Assembly: GCA_964359655.1 (NCBI GenBank)
Contig: CAYHVI010000004.1
Span: 1-53,596 of the forward strand
Origin: an uncultured Candidatus Saccharibacteria bacterium
GTDB lineage: Bacteria; Patescibacteriota; Minisyncoccia; Minisyncoccales; UBA10102
DNA: 53,596 bases
Direction of reading: 5' to 3'
Part shown: piece by piece, positions 1-10,189 of the stretch
How positions within the stretch are numbered: position 1 is the stretch's first letter
Layout: each line of letters opens with the position of its first letter
Notes under the pieces: model-generated
What the model was told of the DNA's origin: nothing
Seen by the model: the letters and a program-made list of their open reading frames with translations, nothing else
Database searches by the model: none
Program-made: the position numbers and the translations under genes

Positions 1-56
1 CCTCCAATTTCAAATTGGCGAACACCACGTGGCATACCTCTAATATATCATAGTCG

Positions 57-91
57 CCACAAAAGCAAAAGCTGGGACTGTCCCAGCTTTT
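57..91 (-). terminator. rho-independent terminator after rpoC
   Basis: 11-bp stem aaaagctggga/tcccagctttt (67..91) with a 3-nt loop. On the minus strand it is followed by gcttttgtgg. Confidence 0.6.
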
Positions 92-149
92 CGTTCACCC
101 AGCTTTTCGTTCACAGTCCCAGCTTTTCGTTCACAGCTTTTCGTTGCAC
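82..149. repeat. 4 tandem copies of cccagcttttcgttcac (period 16-20 nt)
   Basis: Copies at 82..98, 98..114, 118..134 and 135..149 (degenerate). Each carries one arm of the adjacent terminator. Confidence 0.85.
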
Positions 150-158
150 TGTTCTTCT

Positions 159-3100
159 CTATTTCTTCTCAGCAAGCGGAGATTTAAATCCCGTGCCGGC
201 GGGAATGAGTTTGCCGATGATCACATTCTCTTTGAGTCCACGGAGTTTGTCTTCTCTTCCCTCCAAAGAAGCTTGAATGAGCACTCGAGAAGTTTCCTGG
301 AACGAGGCAGCAGACAGAAAACTTTCACTGGTGAGAGCGATCTTTGAAATTCCAAGCAACAAATCAGACGCCACAGGAACATTCTTTTTAACTTTTTCGA
401 GGCGATCTTTTTCTTCTACAAAGCCTCCCCGATCCACTATTTCGCCTTCTGAAAACCTGCTGTCTCCTCGATCTTTAATACGCACGCGCGAAAACATCTG
501 GCGTGTAATCACTTCGATGTGCTTGTCGTGAATACTCGCGCCCTGGGAAGTATAGATGCGTTGCACTTCCTTTGCAATATATCGTTGGGTTTCTTCTTTT
601 CCGGTATTTTTGAATAATTCATCCAAATCTAAATTTCCTTCGCACAGCTGCTGTCCTTCCTTCACCTGCGCTCCCTTTTGCACCCATAAGGCACGCTTGG
701 CTGGCATTTCGTACTCAACCAACTCCTGCTTTCCCTCTTTTTCTATAGGTCGAACTTTCAAGATTCCGGCTGGCGTAATTTCCTCCACAATTCCTTTAAC
801 TTGGCAAATTACTGCCTTGCCTCCGGGTTGGCGCCCTTCAAAAATCTCTTCCACGCGCGGAAGTCCCTGGGTAATATCTCCTCCTGAAGCCACGCCACCT
901 GTGTGAAAAGTGCGCATCGTTAACTGGGTGCCCGGCTCTCCAATGGATTGGGCGGCCACGATTCCCACGGCAGACCCGAGTTCAATCATTTTCCCCGACC
1001 CTAAATTCCATCCATAGCATTTCTGGCACAATCCCCGCGCCGTTTTGCAAGAAAGCGGCGAACGAACACAAATTTCCTGAATCTGCTCATCCTCGCTAAT
1101 CTTTTGTGCAACCGGCCACTCAATAAGTGCTCCTTTCTTTACATAAGTACCGATAGATTCTGCGGCAACCCTTCCTCCAATTTTGAGGGCAAGATTCTGC
1201 CCCAAATCTTCTGCGTCTTTCTTTAAAACCATAGTCCCCTTGGCATCCTTGCAGTCTAACTCCACGCAAAGCACATCATGCGCAACATCGATTAAACGGC
1301 GCGTCAGGTATCCTGCAGTTGATGTCCTCAAGGCGGTATCTGCAGTTCCTTTTCTTGCTCCGTGCGTGGAAATAAAGTATTCCAACACCTCAAACCCCTC
1401 CTTAAAGGAAGCTTTCACGGGAAGCTCAATAATACGGCCCGCGGGATTGATCACCAATCCTTTCATTCCCGACATCTGCACCGGTTGAGACCACGAACCT
1501 CTCGAACCAGAATCAATAATCGAGAAGACCGATCTTCCTTCGGGAATCATAAGGTTTTGGGGCACCAACTTTTCAATCGTAGATTTCACGCGCTGCCATA
1601 TTTCGATTACTTTCGCTGATCGTTCCTCTTTGGAAAGCAGCCCGTTGCGCCAGTGCGCGTCAATCTGCTCAATCTCCTTTTCTGCCCCTTGGAGCAGATG
1701 CTCTTTTTCTGGCGGAACAATAAGGTCGCCCATTCCCCACGTGGTAGCAGACTTGGTGGCATATTCAAAACCCAATTCTTTAATGCCATCAAGAATTCTC
1801 TCGACCTCTTCTCGAAGATAGCGCCTTACAATATCGCCAATAATCGCGCCGAGTTTCTTTGAATTCATCTGGTCGTTCACCAAAGGGTAATCTTCGGGAA
1901 GCGATTCCTGGAATATCACTCTTCCTGGCGTTGTTTCCACAAGTTTTCCTTGGAACAAAATACTCGCCATTTCTCGAAGCCCCACTACTCCCTGCTCTAA
2001 AGCGAGCAATGCTTCTGCCTTGGATGAAAATCTTTTCTGGGGTTTTTCCTTTCCTTCTTCAATACCGGTAAGATAATAGCACCCTAACACCATATCCTGC
2101 CTGGGGCTTACAATGGGATTCCCGGTAGCGGGTTTTAACAGGTTGGTTGCAGAAAGCATTAACTTTTTTGCCTCGTCTTGCGCCTCTTGAGAAAGAGGCA
2201 CGTGCACTGCCATCTGATCTCCGTCGAAATCAGCATTAAATGCCTCGCATACCAAAGGATGCAATTGGATTGCTTCGCCCTCCACCAGTACCGGATAAAA
2301 AGCTTGAATGCCCAGCCGATGGAGCGTAGGCGCTCGGTTCAAAAGCACCAGTTTATCTTTTGCGACTTCTTCCAAAATTGCCCATACCTCGTCGGTTTCC
2401 TGCTCAATTAAACGAGAAGCACCCCGAACGTTGTACGCAAGTTCGCGCTCCAAGATTCGGTGAATGACAAAGGGTTTGAAGAGTTCCAAAGCCATGAGTT
2501 TGGGCAAACCGCATTGGTGCAGTTTCAAGGAAGGTCCCACCACGATGACAGAACGTCCTGAATAGTCAACACGTTTCCCCAACAGGTTTTGCCTGAATCT
2601 TCCCTGTTTTCCCTTAAGCATATCGGCTAAGGACTTGAGCAGGCGCTTGCCTCCTGTCGTGGCTACCGTCATCGTGCCCTTGCGCATATTGTTGTCCACG
2701 AGAGCGTCCACTGCTTCTTGGAGCATGCGTTTTTCATTGCGCACAATAACGTCGGGCGCGCCAATTTCCAAAAGATATTTGAGCCGGTTGTTGCGGTTGA
2801 TTACACGCCGATACAAATCGTTCAAATCAGAAGAAGCGTATCGACCTCCGTCAAGCTGCACCATCGGACGAAGATCAGGAGGCAGAATAGGAATAATCGT
2901 CAAAAACATCCATTCAGGACGAATATCTGCCTGCAGCATTCCCTGACACAACCTCAAGCGAGCTAAAATCTTTTTTCTCCCTTGAGGAGTGGCTTTGATG
3001 AGATGCTCGTGCAACTCTTTCATAAGTTTCTTCAGATCGACCCGCTCAAATAACAAACGAAGCACTTCTGAACCTGTGCCAGCCTCAAAAACCTGTCCGT

Positions 3101-3701
3101 ATTTTAACGCAAGTGTTTGGTATTCCATTTCTCCAACAATACGAAGGGGCGAGAGCGACTGTACCTCTCCCCTTGCACGATCACGAGCTTCCTTCAACTG
3201 GTTTTTTTCTTCCCCTTCCTTTCCTTTCGATCTCTGCTTCCATTCTCCATCAATCTCGTCTAAAGCCTTTTTCCGCGCCTCTTCATTTACGCTTGTTACA
3301 ATATACGCTGCAAAATAAATTACCTTTTCCAAGCTTTGAGCAGGAATATCCAAAAGCAATCCCATTCTTGAAGGAACCCCGCGCAAGAACCAAATGTGAG
3401 AACAGGGGGTAGCAAGCTTGATATGCCCCATCCGCTCTCTTCTAACCGAAGATTTGGTAACTTCCACTCCGCAGCGCTCGCAGATAACGCCCTTGTAACG
3501 AATTTTTCTGTACTTGCCGCAATAGCATTCAAAATCCTTTTCCGGCCCGAAAATGCGCTCGTCAAAAAGACCGTCTTTTTCCGCGCGCTGGGTGCGGTAA
3601 TTGATGGTCTCGGGTTTTGTCACCTCTCCATAAGACCACGACAGAATGTCTTCCGGAGAAGCAAGCTTTATTCGAATGGATTCCAAATCAACGACTCTCA
3701 T
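159..3701 (-). CDS. rpoC: DNA-directed RNA polymerase subunit beta'
   Basis: 1180-aa ORF with the Mg-binding NADFDGDQM motif, an N-terminal Zn finger (CYCGKY...CERCGV) and a typical [15 protein letters not shown]-terminus. The ATG overlaps the rpoB stop by 14 nt. Confidence 0.97.
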   Translation of the reverse strand: MRVVDLESIRIKLASPEDILSWSYGEVTKPETINYRTQRAEKDGLFDERIFGPEKDFECYCGKYRKIRYKGVICERCGVEVTKSSVRRERMGHIKLATPCSHIWFLRGVPSRMGLLLDIPAQSLEKVIYFAAYIVTSVNEEARKKALDEIDGEWKQRSKGKEGEEKNQLKEARDRARGEVQSLSPLRIVGEMEYQTLALKYGQVFEAGTGSEVLRLLFERVDLKKLMKELHEHLIKATPQGRKKILARLRLCQGMLQADIRPEWMFLTIIPILPPDLRPMVQLDGGRYASSDLNDLYRRVINRNNRLKYLLEIGAPDVIVRNEKRMLQEAVDALVDNNMRKGTMTVATTGGKRLLKSLADMLKGKQGRFRQNLLGKRVDYSGRSVIVVGPSLKLHQCGLPKLMALELFKPFVIHRILERELAYNVRGASRLIEQETDEVWAILEEVAKDKLVLLNRAPTLHRLGIQAFYPVLVEGEAIQLHPLVCEAFNADFDGDQMAVHVPLSQEAQDEAKKLMLSATNLLKPATGNPIVSPRQDMVLGCYYLTGIEEGKEKPQKRFSSKAEALLALEQGVVGLREMASILFQGKLVETTPGRVIFQESLPEDYPLVNDQMNSKKLGAIIGDIVRRYLREEVERILDGIKELGFEYATKSATTWGMGDLIVPPEKEHLLQGAEKEIEQIDAHWRNGLLSKEERSAKVIEIWQRVKSTIEKLVPQNLMIPEGRSVFSIIDSGSRGSWSQPVQMSGMKGLVINPAGRIIELPVKASFKEGFEVLEYFISTHGARKGTADTALRTSTAGYLTRRLIDVAHDVLCVELDCKDAKGTMVLKKDAEDLGQNLALKIGGRVAAESIGTYVKKGALIEWPVAQKISEDEQIQEICVRSPLSCKTARGLCQKCYGWNLGSGKMIELGSAVGIVAAQSIGEPGTQLTMRTFHTGGVASGGDITQGLPRVEEIFEGRQPGGKAVICQVKGIVEEITPAGILKVRPIEKEGKQELVEYEMPAKRALWVQKGAQVKEGQQLCEGNLDLDELFKNTGKEETQRYIAKEVQRIYTSQGASIHDKHIEVITRQMFSRVRIKDRGDSRFSEGEIVDRGGFVEEKDRLEKVKKNVPVASDLLLGISKIALTSESFLSAASFQETSRVLIQASLEGREDKLRGLKENVIIGKLIPAGTGFKSPLAEKK

Positions 3702-6700
3702 ATTTTTCTCTTGCCCCGAGCTTGCTCGCCTCGCGGCGAAGCGGGTCGAGGGGTTGCTTTGCTTTTATTTCAATGTGGAGCGCCAGCGACCTCAACTCAT
3801 TCAGCAACAAATTGAACGAAGCCGGCAGATTCGGAGTTTGAATAGACTGGCCTCGCAGGATCGATTCATAGGTGGCGGCTCTCCCGGGAACGTCGTCTGA
3901 TTTAATGGTCAGCATTTCCTGAAGCATATGAGCTGCTCCATACCCTTCCAACGCCCATACCTCCATTTCTCCAAAGCGTTGTCCTCCAAACTGCGCCTTC
4001 CCTCCCAACGGTTGCTGGGTAATTAAAGAATAAGGGCCAATGGAGCGCATATGAATTTTGTCTTCCACCATATGAATGAGTTTCATCATATAAATATACC
4101 CAATCGTGATCTTGTGCGTGAAGGGAGTTCCATCTCTTCCATCGTAGAGAGTTATTTTTCCGTCTCGAGGGAGACCAGCTCTTTCCAATTCTGCTTCTAT
4201 ATCCTGTTCGCCAGCCCCGGACAAACCAGGAGTCACCGCCATATATCCTAATTCGTGCGCCGCCCACCCTAGATGCGTTTCCAAAATCTGCCCGATATTC
4301 ATGCGAGAAGCAACCCCCAGAGGATTTAAAATAACATCAACCGGCGTTCCATCTTCCGTGTGTGGCATATCGGCTTCAGGAAGCACCACGGAAATCACGC
4401 CCTTGTTTCCATGGCGACCAGCCAGCTTGTCTCCTCGCTGAACTTTTCTTAGCTCTGCCACCTCTACATGAATGCGTTTCATCACCCCGGGTTCTAGCCT
4501 GTGTCCCTCTTCTCTCGAAAAAACCTTTACATTCACGACACGCCCCCGTTTTCCATGGGGCATAAGCAGAGAGGTGTCTTTCACGTCGCGAGCTTTCTCT
4601 CCAAAAATTGCTCGCAAGAGACGCTCTTCTGCGGTAAGGTCGGCTTCCCCTTTGGGAGAAATTTTTCCAACCAAAATGTCGTTTGGCCCCACTTCAGCTC
4701 CCAAGCGCACAATTCCTTCTTCGTCCAAATCCTTGAGTTTTTCTTCACCTACGTTCGGGATATCGCCAGTGGTCACTTCAAGACCCAACTTGGTTTCCCG
4801 CACATCGCAGGTAAAGTCTTCCAAATGTATGGATGTGTACACGTCCTCACGTACTACGCGCTCTGAAATAATAATAGCGTCTTCATAATTCCCACCCCGC
4901 CAAGACATAAAAGCTACCAACAGATTCGCACCCAAGGCAAGCCTTCCATGGTCAATTGCGCCCCCGTCTGCAATAACTTGACCTGCTTTCACTTTTTCTC
5001 CCTTCGCCACAATAGGCTTTTGATGAAAACAGGTGTATTGATTAGTCCGTACAAAGTTCTTTAACTCATACGTCTTTCTGCTTTGAGTTTTGAGTTTTGA
5101 GTTTTGAGTTTTTATAGTGATGTGCCTCGCATCCACCTCTTGAACTTGTCCATCTTCCTGCGCCACGACTGCTAATCCTGAATCTTTCGCCACTCTTACC
5201 TCATATCCGGTGCCAACCAATGGCGCCTGGGGTTTTACCAAAGGCACTGCCTGCCGTTGCATATTGGAACCCATTAAAGCCCGGTTTGCGTCATCGTTGC
5301 GCAAAAAGGGAATTAACGCAGTAGCAATGGAAATGAACTGCTGGGGCGAAACATCAATAAAATCAACCTTATCTTTGTCTGCCACGCCAGGCTCTCCCTT
5401 GATTCTTGCTTCCACCCTTTCAGGAACTATCTTCCCCTCCTTGTCTATCTCAATTCCCGCAGGGGCAATAATATGCTGTTCTTCTTCGTACGCGCCAAGA
5501 TATTGTAATTCTTTAGTCACCCTTCCCTTCACTACCTTAAAGTAAGGAGTTTCCAGAAATCCGTATTCATTGATTTTGGCATAGCTTGCCAAATGCCCTA
5601 CGAGCCCAATATTCGGCCCTTCTGGCGTCTGGATTGGACAGATTCTTCCGTAGTGACTTGGCTGCACATCCCGCACTTCAAAGCCCGCGCGTTCTCTGGT
5701 CAAACCACCAGGACCAGTTGCAGAAACCCGGCGCTTGTGTTCCAACTCTGCCAAGGGATTCTCGTTATCCATAAATTGCGTAATTTGAGAAGAGGTAAAG
5801 AATTCCTTTACTACTGCCATCACGGGCCTGGGATTAATCAATTGTGCGGGCGTAATAGTCGAGGGATCTAAAGTAGACATACGATCCTTCACAATGCGCT
5901 CCATGCGCATAAAGCCTACGCGCATGCGATTCTGCAAAAACTCCACGAATGTGCGCACGCGCCGATTCCCCAAATGATCAATCTGATCAGGCTCTGCTCC
6001 TGGCGTATTGTTCAAACGGATAATCTCCCGCAAAACCTCCGCTACATCTTCAAGCTTGAGCACCCGATCTTCCACCGCAATGTCTTCTCCTGAATTTGTT
6101 TCGGATTTCGGATTTCGGATTTCGGATTTTCGCAATGCTGGCAGGCGCTGCAGTGTTTTCCACCGCCCTACCCTTGAAAGATCATATCGTTCGAAATTAA
6201 AAAACATATTCCAAATAAGCTCTTTTGCCGTATCTGCAGTCACGTAGTCTCCAGGACGAAGCCTTCGGTAAATTTCCACCAATGCCTCTCCTTGATTTTT
6301 GCTTCCGTCTTTTTTCAATGTCTCCTCGATATATTTGAGCTCGCCTAAGTCCACGTCTCCAAAGAGTTTTTTGATTTCCTCATCTGTTTGGACGCCAAAC
6401 GCCCGCAGCAACGTTGTTGCCGCGGCCTTTCTCTTCCGGTCGATGCGAACTCCAATGAAACCCGAGTTTTCAGTTTCAAACTCCAGCCATGCGCCCCGAT
6501 TCGGAATAATCTTTGCCCCAAACTGATCCTTACCCTGACCTTGTTGAGCAGTGAAAAATGCTCCCGGAGAACGAATAAGCTGGGAAATCGCCACTCGCTC
6601 CACGCCGTTCAACACAAAAGTCCCCCGCTCGGTCATCAACGGGAAATCGCAAAGGAATACCTCTTGCTCCTTTACTTCTTTTGTTTTAAGGTTTAGTAAA

Positions 6701-6981
6701 CGAACGCGAACTCTTAAAGGAGCTTCAAAAGAATCGTCATTTTTCTTTGCAGTGAGTTCAGTAGGATAGTTTGGTTCTCCAAGCTTGTAGTCTAAAAACC
6801 AGAGCTCGAATTCTTTCTTGGTGTAGTCGCGAATAGGGGAAATTTCAGAGAGCAATTCTTTGAGTTGGCGCTGCCAAAAAACACCCCAGCTTTCCTGCTG
6901 AATGCCCAGCAAATACGGCAACTCCAAATGCAGAGAGGATTTCTCAAAATTTTTAATGGGGAGTATGGAGGAAGAGGCCAT
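3688..6981 (-). CDS. rpoB: DNA-directed RNA polymerase subunit beta
   Basis: 1097-aa ORF with beta-subunit signature blocks [26 protein letters not shown] and [19 protein letters not shown]. Confidence 0.97.
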   Translation of the reverse strand: MASSSILPIKNFEKSSLHLELPYLLGIQQESWGVFWQRQLKELLSEISPIRDYTKKEFELWFLDYKLGEPNYPTELTAKKNDDSFEAPLRVRVRLLNLKTKEVKEQEVFLCDFPLMTERGTFVLNGVERVAISQLIRSPGAFFTAQQGQGKDQFGAKIIPNRGAWLEFETENSGFIGVRIDRKRKAAATTLLRAFGVQTDEEIKKLFGDVDLGELKYIEETLKKDGSKNQGEALVEIYRRLRPGDYVTADTAKELIWNMFFNFERYDLSRVGRWKTLQRLPALRKSEIRNPKSETNSGEDIAVEDRVLKLEDVAEVLREIIRLNNTPGAEPDQIDHLGNRRVRTFVEFLQNRMRVGFMRMERIVKDRMSTLDPSTITPAQLINPRPVMAVVKEFFTSSQITQFMDNENPLAELEHKRRVSATGPGGLTRERAGFEVRDVQPSHYGRICPIQTPEGPNIGLVGHLASYAKINEYGFLETPYFKVVKGRVTKELQYLGAYEEEQHIIAPAGIEIDKEGKIVPERVEARIKGEPGVADKDKVDFIDVSPQQFISIATALIPFLRNDDANRALMGSNMQRQAVPLVKPQAPLVGTGYEVRVAKDSGLAVVAQEDGQVQEVDARHITIKTQNSKLKTQSRKTYELKNFVRTNQYTCFHQKPIVAKGEKVKAGQVIADGGAIDHGRLALGANLLVAFMSWRGGNYEDAIIISERVVREDVYTSIHLEDFTCDVRETKLGLEVTTGDIPNVGEEKLKDLDEEGIVRLGAEVGPNDILVGKISPKGEADLTAEERLLRAIFGEKARDVKDTSLLMPHGKRGRVVNVKVFSREEGHRLEPGVMKRIHVEVAELRKVQRGDKLAGRHGNKGVISVVLPEADMPHTEDGTPVDVILNPLGVASRMNIGQILETHLGWAAHELGYMAVTPGLSGAGEQDIEAELERAGLPRDGKITLYDGRDGTPFTHKITIGYIYMMKLIHMVEDKIHMRSIGPYSLITQQPLGGKAQFGGQRFGEMEVWALEGYGAAHMLQEMLTIKSDDVPGRAATYESILRGQSIQTPNLPASFNLLLNELRSLALHIEIKAKQPLDPLRREASKLGAREKYESR
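5081..5113. repeat. heptanucleotide tandem repeat (ttttgag x4) inside rpoB
   Basis: Reads ctttgag ttttgag ttttgag ttttgag ttttt. It encodes [11 protein letters not shown]. Confidence 0.95.
6101..6128. repeat. heptanucleotide tandem repeat (tcggatt x4) inside rpoB
   Basis: Four perfect copies. It encodes [10 protein letters not shown]. Confidence 0.95.
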
Positions 6982-7090
6982 GCGAACAACAAAAATGACC
7001 CTTAGTAATTAAAAGGGTGCCCTCAAGAATACTCTATGTTTATAAAAATTGAGGGGATCAATTGAAAGTATAAAAAACCGCGTCAGGAAT

Positions 7091-7119
7091 AATATACCCT
7101 ATCTAAATAAAAAGGTCAA
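7091..7119 (-). promoter_or_regulatory. putative sigma70-type promoter for rpoBC
   Basis: On the minus strand, TTGACC (7119..7114), a 17-nt spacer and TATATT (7096..7091). This leaves a ~100-nt leader with two short hairpins before the rpoB ATG. Confidence 0.4.
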
Positions 7120-7121
7120 GC

Positions 7122-8141
7122 CTACCCTTCTCGTTGGGCTCTTATACGCCGAAACATCAGAAACCCCGCCAGAAGAATTACAAGAATGGGCAGGAGCACA
7201 AAAATAAAAAGCATGGAAGGGCGAATCTCAAATCCTCCAATTGCAATCTCGCCACCAGCAGGTTCCGGAGAGGTGGGCTCGCTTTCCTCTTCCAGCAATT
7301 CTGCCAAAACCAAACTTTCTGCTTTGACTTGGTTCCCTCTTGCATCCATGCCAATAATCTCTAAAGAATAATCTTCCAAAAAACTCACATCTGAAAGCAC
7401 CAAGGAGTGTTCGGTCACGACAGCTCCGTCCAGAACGGAAAACGCATGATCTTGCCGTGAGCTCGGTCCATAATTCACCTGCGCCTTTGTTGCTTCGCTT
7501 GTTTTCCATGAAAGGAGTACGCTCTCTTCTGAAAGTTTCTTGGCTCGAATATCAGAAATAGCGAGCTCTGCAGGCGTCAAAGGAGTTGGTGAGGGAGTTG
7601 GTTGAGGTGTGGGTGCCGGAGGAGGAGTTGGTACGCCAGGTGGCGGAGCCACAATCTGAAACACCGCGCTGCCAGAACCTGCCAAATTCAAAATATTCTT
7701 GCTTTCTCCATGAGTAAGCACAGCAGAATCTGACGTGAAAGCAAGCTGTGCGCTGCCCAGAGAGCTTTTTGCGCGAAAAGTTGCGGAAAAAAGTTTTTGA
7801 AATCCTAAAAGAGGAGGGGGTTGTTTCGCGGCCGCAAAAACGACCCTTCCCCCAGCTACTGTTTTTTCCGGAGTAAACGTATCGAGAGCTGATCCTGTTG
7901 TATCTAATGCGATCCCTTCTAAGAGATTTGCAGGATACGTAAAGTATACTCCTACTGCATTCACTTGTGCTCCTCCGGTATTAACCATTACGGTTACCGT
8001 GACTAACTGGCCTGTTTGTACTGTTCCCGCAGCAGGTACAAGAGACAGCGTTGCGCTCTGCGCTAAGATAACAGAGGGCAGCCCCGCAATTCCCCCCATA
8101 ATAAAAAGTAAAAAGAAGAATTTCTTCATTGCTTTTAGCAT
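7122..8141 (-). CDS. membrane-anchored cohesin-like surface protein (signal peptide, cohesin-like module, PT linker, Fn3-like module, C-terminal TM)
   Basis: 339 aa. The N-terminal signal ends in ILAQS. The beta-sandwich pattern TVTVMVNTGGAQVNAVGVYFTYPANLL resembles cohesin. It also has a Pro/Thr linker and a C-terminal hydrophobic helix followed by RRIRAQREG. Confidence 0.55.
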   Translation of the reverse strand: MLKAMKKFFFLLFIMGGIAGLPSVILAQSATLSLVPAAGTVQTGQLVTVTVMVNTGGAQVNAVGVYFTYPANLLEGIALDTTGSALDTFTPEKTVAGGRVVFAAAKQPPPLLGFQKLFSATFRAKSSLGSAQLAFTSDSAVLTHGESKNILNLAGSGSAVFQIVAPPPGVPTPPPAPTPQPTPSPTPLTPAELAISDIRAKKLSEESVLLSWKTSEATKAQVNYGPSSRQDHAFSVLDGAVVTEHSLVLSDVSFLEDYSLEIIGMDARGNQVKAESLVLAELLEEESEPTSPEPAGGEIAIGGFEIRPSMLFIFVLLPILVILLAGFLMFRRIRAQREG

Positions 8142-8145
8142 ACCA

Positions 8146-9582
8146 CTACTTCGTCCAATTGGAAAGCATAATGCTCAAGTCAACAATGGTAATCGTTCGG
8201 TCGCCGTTCAAATCGCACGTACTCGTTGCTTTTTTCCAGTTGGAAATCAGGACGCTTAAATCGAAGATGTTCACCCTTGCGTCGCCATTGCAGTCTCCTT
8301 TCAATGCACCTGCTGGTGGAGGCCCCGATGGGCCTCCCCCTCCACCGCCTCCGCCACTAGACGGAGGAGTAGACGCAGGCGGGCTTGCTACACTAAACTC
8401 TATGGGAAAGTCAGTGATGTTGGGATTGCTTGCGCCGTCTTGGCAACGAACATAGTAAGAAAAGTTGTTCCCATTGGAGAGCCCAGAAACTGTAGTGGAA
8501 TGTGATGTACTTCCTGTCGTGGAAAACGTATTGGTCATTGCAGCATACGCAGTATTCTGCGTGGTGGAATAGCGACAGGTGGCAGCTTCGTCAGTTGTAA
8601 GTTGCAGGGTTGCCTGTGTGGTGCCAACGCCCAAAGTACCAGAGGGAGAACCACCAGAGCGCGAAGGCGGGGTGGTGTCGGGCGAAGGAGCAGGCGAATC
8701 CACACTAAATTCAATAGGAAAATCTCCGGTGTTTGGATTTCCCGGTACATCCTGACACCGCACATAGTAGTTGTACGATTGACCATTCGATAATCCGGTA
8801 ACGTTTGTTGAGTGTGTTGTACCTCCAGTAGTTGAGAATGTATTGACCATTGCAGCATACGCAGTATTCTGCGTGGTGGAATAGCGGCAGGTGGCGTTTT
8901 CATTGGTGTCAAGAGAAAGAGTTGTAGAAGTAGTCCCTGCAGCAAGAGTTCCTGCAGGAGCTCCATTGGAGCGGGAGGGCGGGGTCGTGTCGGGCACAAC
9001 CAATGTATAGCTTCCAGGAGTGGAGCCTGGGATACTCAATATATTGGTATCGTCTGACTTCAAAGCAAGAGAGCTTGGATCATACGTCAGAGTCGCTGCG
9101 CCTGCTCCCATTACTTGAAATGTAATCGTTGCGATGAGACCGTTGTTTCCCGTAAATCCCGGGCACGGAGTAGAGGCTTGAAATTGAAGTTTCCCTTTTA
9201 CATTATCAAACGTATCTTCCCACCACGTAGAAAACGTGGTCAGAGAAGTTTGCATACTGCTCACCTGAATAAGAGCAGGGTTATAACTGAGATCGGCTTC
9301 CATCGAGGTTACTCCAGCTGGATGGGATGTCCCACCACACACAACAGTTCCCCCAGCAGAAACGCCCATACGTAGCTGTACCTGAAACGTGCTATTCACG
9401 TTATGAGTTCCACTTGAGGGCGAAACAAAATAAAGGGCCTGGTTTGGCCCGGGCGAAACTTGTGAGAGAAATAGTCGAGTGAAAGAGATGTCTTCTGAAA
9501 GAAAGTCGTTCAGCGTCTTCAAAGTAACAACCAGCGACAATACGCACACAAGGCTCAATATAATCAAAAATCGATTTCGCAT
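8146..9582 (-). CDS. secreted adaptor protein: cohesin-like module, 2 tandem beta-sandwich modules, poly-Gly linker, C-terminal dockerin
   Basis: I prefer the ATG at 9582 over the TTG at 9603. The signal peptide is MRNRFLIILSLVCVLSLVV. The dockerin duplicate is DCNGDARVNIFDLSVLISNW / DLNGDRTITIVDLSIMLSNW. The two ~104-aa repeats both contain CRYSTTQNTAYAAM and YYVRCQD. Confidence 0.6.
   Translation of the reverse strand: MRNRFLIILSLVCVLSLVVTLKTLNDFLSEDISFTRLFLSQVSPGPNQALYFVSPSSGTHNVNSTFQVQLRMGVSAGGTVVCGGTSHPAGVTSMEADLSYNPALIQVSSMQTSLTTFSTWWEDTFDNVKGKLQFQASTPCPGFTGNNGLIATITFQVMGAGAATLTYDPSSLALKSDDTNILSIPGSTPGSYTLVVPDTTPPSRSNGAPAGTLAAGTTSTTLSLDTNENATCRYSTTQNTAYAAMVNTFSTTGGTTHSTNVTGLSNGQSYNYYVRCQDVPGNPNTGDFPIEFSVDSPAPSPDTTPPSRSGGSPSGTLGVGTTQATLQLTTDEAATCRYSTTQNTAYAAMTNTFSTTGSTSHSTTVSGLSNGNNFSYYVRCQDGASNPNITDFPIEFSVASPPASTPPSSGGGGGGGGPSGPPPAGALKGDCNGDARVNIFDLSVLISNWKKATSTCDLNGDRTITIVDLSIMLSNWTK
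8385..8995. repeat. two tandem ~312-nt coding repeats (beta-sandwich module) with a near-identical 48-nt core
   Basis: 8536..8583 and 8848..8895 match at 47/48 nt, while the flanks are clearly more diverged. Confidence 0.85.
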
Positions 9583-9603
9583 AAAAAGATAGCCTCGTAT
9601 CAA

Positions 9604-10173
9604 TCACTTCTTGCGCCCGCGCAAGAATAACACAATTCCAAGCACAACCCCAATAACCAATAAAATTCCAAAAACTGCAACCAATCCTGTAGATTGAGTA
9701 TTTGCAATCGGAAAGTCTTCCCCCATAGAGCTCTCTTTTCGAAGTTCCAAAATATTTTCGTCTTGCGCGTTCAAAAGCAAAGAAGCATTTTCATCCACTT
9801 CAAGGAGTTTGCTGCCTGCTTCTTTTGCCGTGAGCACCACTCCGGCGACAAGGCTTTCTCCTGTAAATCCGGGTTTTGGCAAGGATGCTTCAAGTTCAAT
9901 AATGCCGTTTGCAGCTTCTTTCTTCCACCAGTAAGGAAACGTCTCTGTGTTTGGTTTAACTTCGCGCACTTCAATGAAGCTAGGATTGTAGCGAAGACGA
10001 ATACGAAAAGAAGTAATGGATTCTGGGGCATGGATTCGTACCTCCACAGGCACCTCGGTTTCGGCTTCATAATCCATAGTGGAAGGAAAAACAAGAATAT
10101 GTTCTTCCCCTTGATGTGCCAATAAAACAGAAGGTAAAAGAAGTAACCCAACAAAGAGTGTTATATACTTCAT
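9604..10173 (-). CDS. small membrane-anchored cohesin-like protein
   Basis: 189 aa with a signal peptide. The cohesin-like pattern (VPVEVRIHAPESITSFRIRLRYNPSFIEV...PKPGFTGESLVAGVVLTAKEAG) aligns by eye with the module in 8146..9582. It ends in a C-terminal TM followed by RGRKK. Confidence 0.5.
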   Translation of the reverse strand: MKYITLFVGLLLLPSVLLAHQGEEHILVFPSTMDYEAETEVPVEVRIHAPESITSFRIRLRYNPSFIEVREVKPNTETFPYWWKKEAANGIIELEASLPKPGFTGESLVAGVVLTAKEAGSKLLEVDENASLLLNAQDENILELRKESSMGEDFPIANTQSTGLVAVFGILLVIGVVLGIVLFLRGRKK

Positions 10174-10189
10174 GTGATTTTGTTAATTA

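Noticed and set aside
82-149. Possible mini-CRISPR array (four direct repeats downstream of rpoC)
   Set aside because: The units are only 16-20 nt and directly abut each other with no unique spacers. They duplicate one arm of the adjacent terminator hairpin. No cas genes are nearby.
3688-3690. Alternative genetic code (UGA recoding, as in some CPR lineages)
   Set aside because: TGA functions as the stop of rpoB, yraN and relB at positions consistent with full-length conserved proteins. All long conserved ORFs are uninterrupted under the standard code.
8325-8365. Low-complexity nucleotide runs (poly-Gly linker here; Pro/Thr linkers at about 7590..7640 and 38915..38950) as repeats of interest
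   Set aside because: These are ordinary interdomain linker coding sequences of secreted modular proteins and are not independent elements.
8385-8995. Diversity-generating retroelement (template/variable repeat pair) in the duplicated modules
   Set aside because: There is no reverse transcriptase gene in the window. The two copies are both in-frame coding modules of one protein, and their differences are not restricted to adenine positions as far as I can see.
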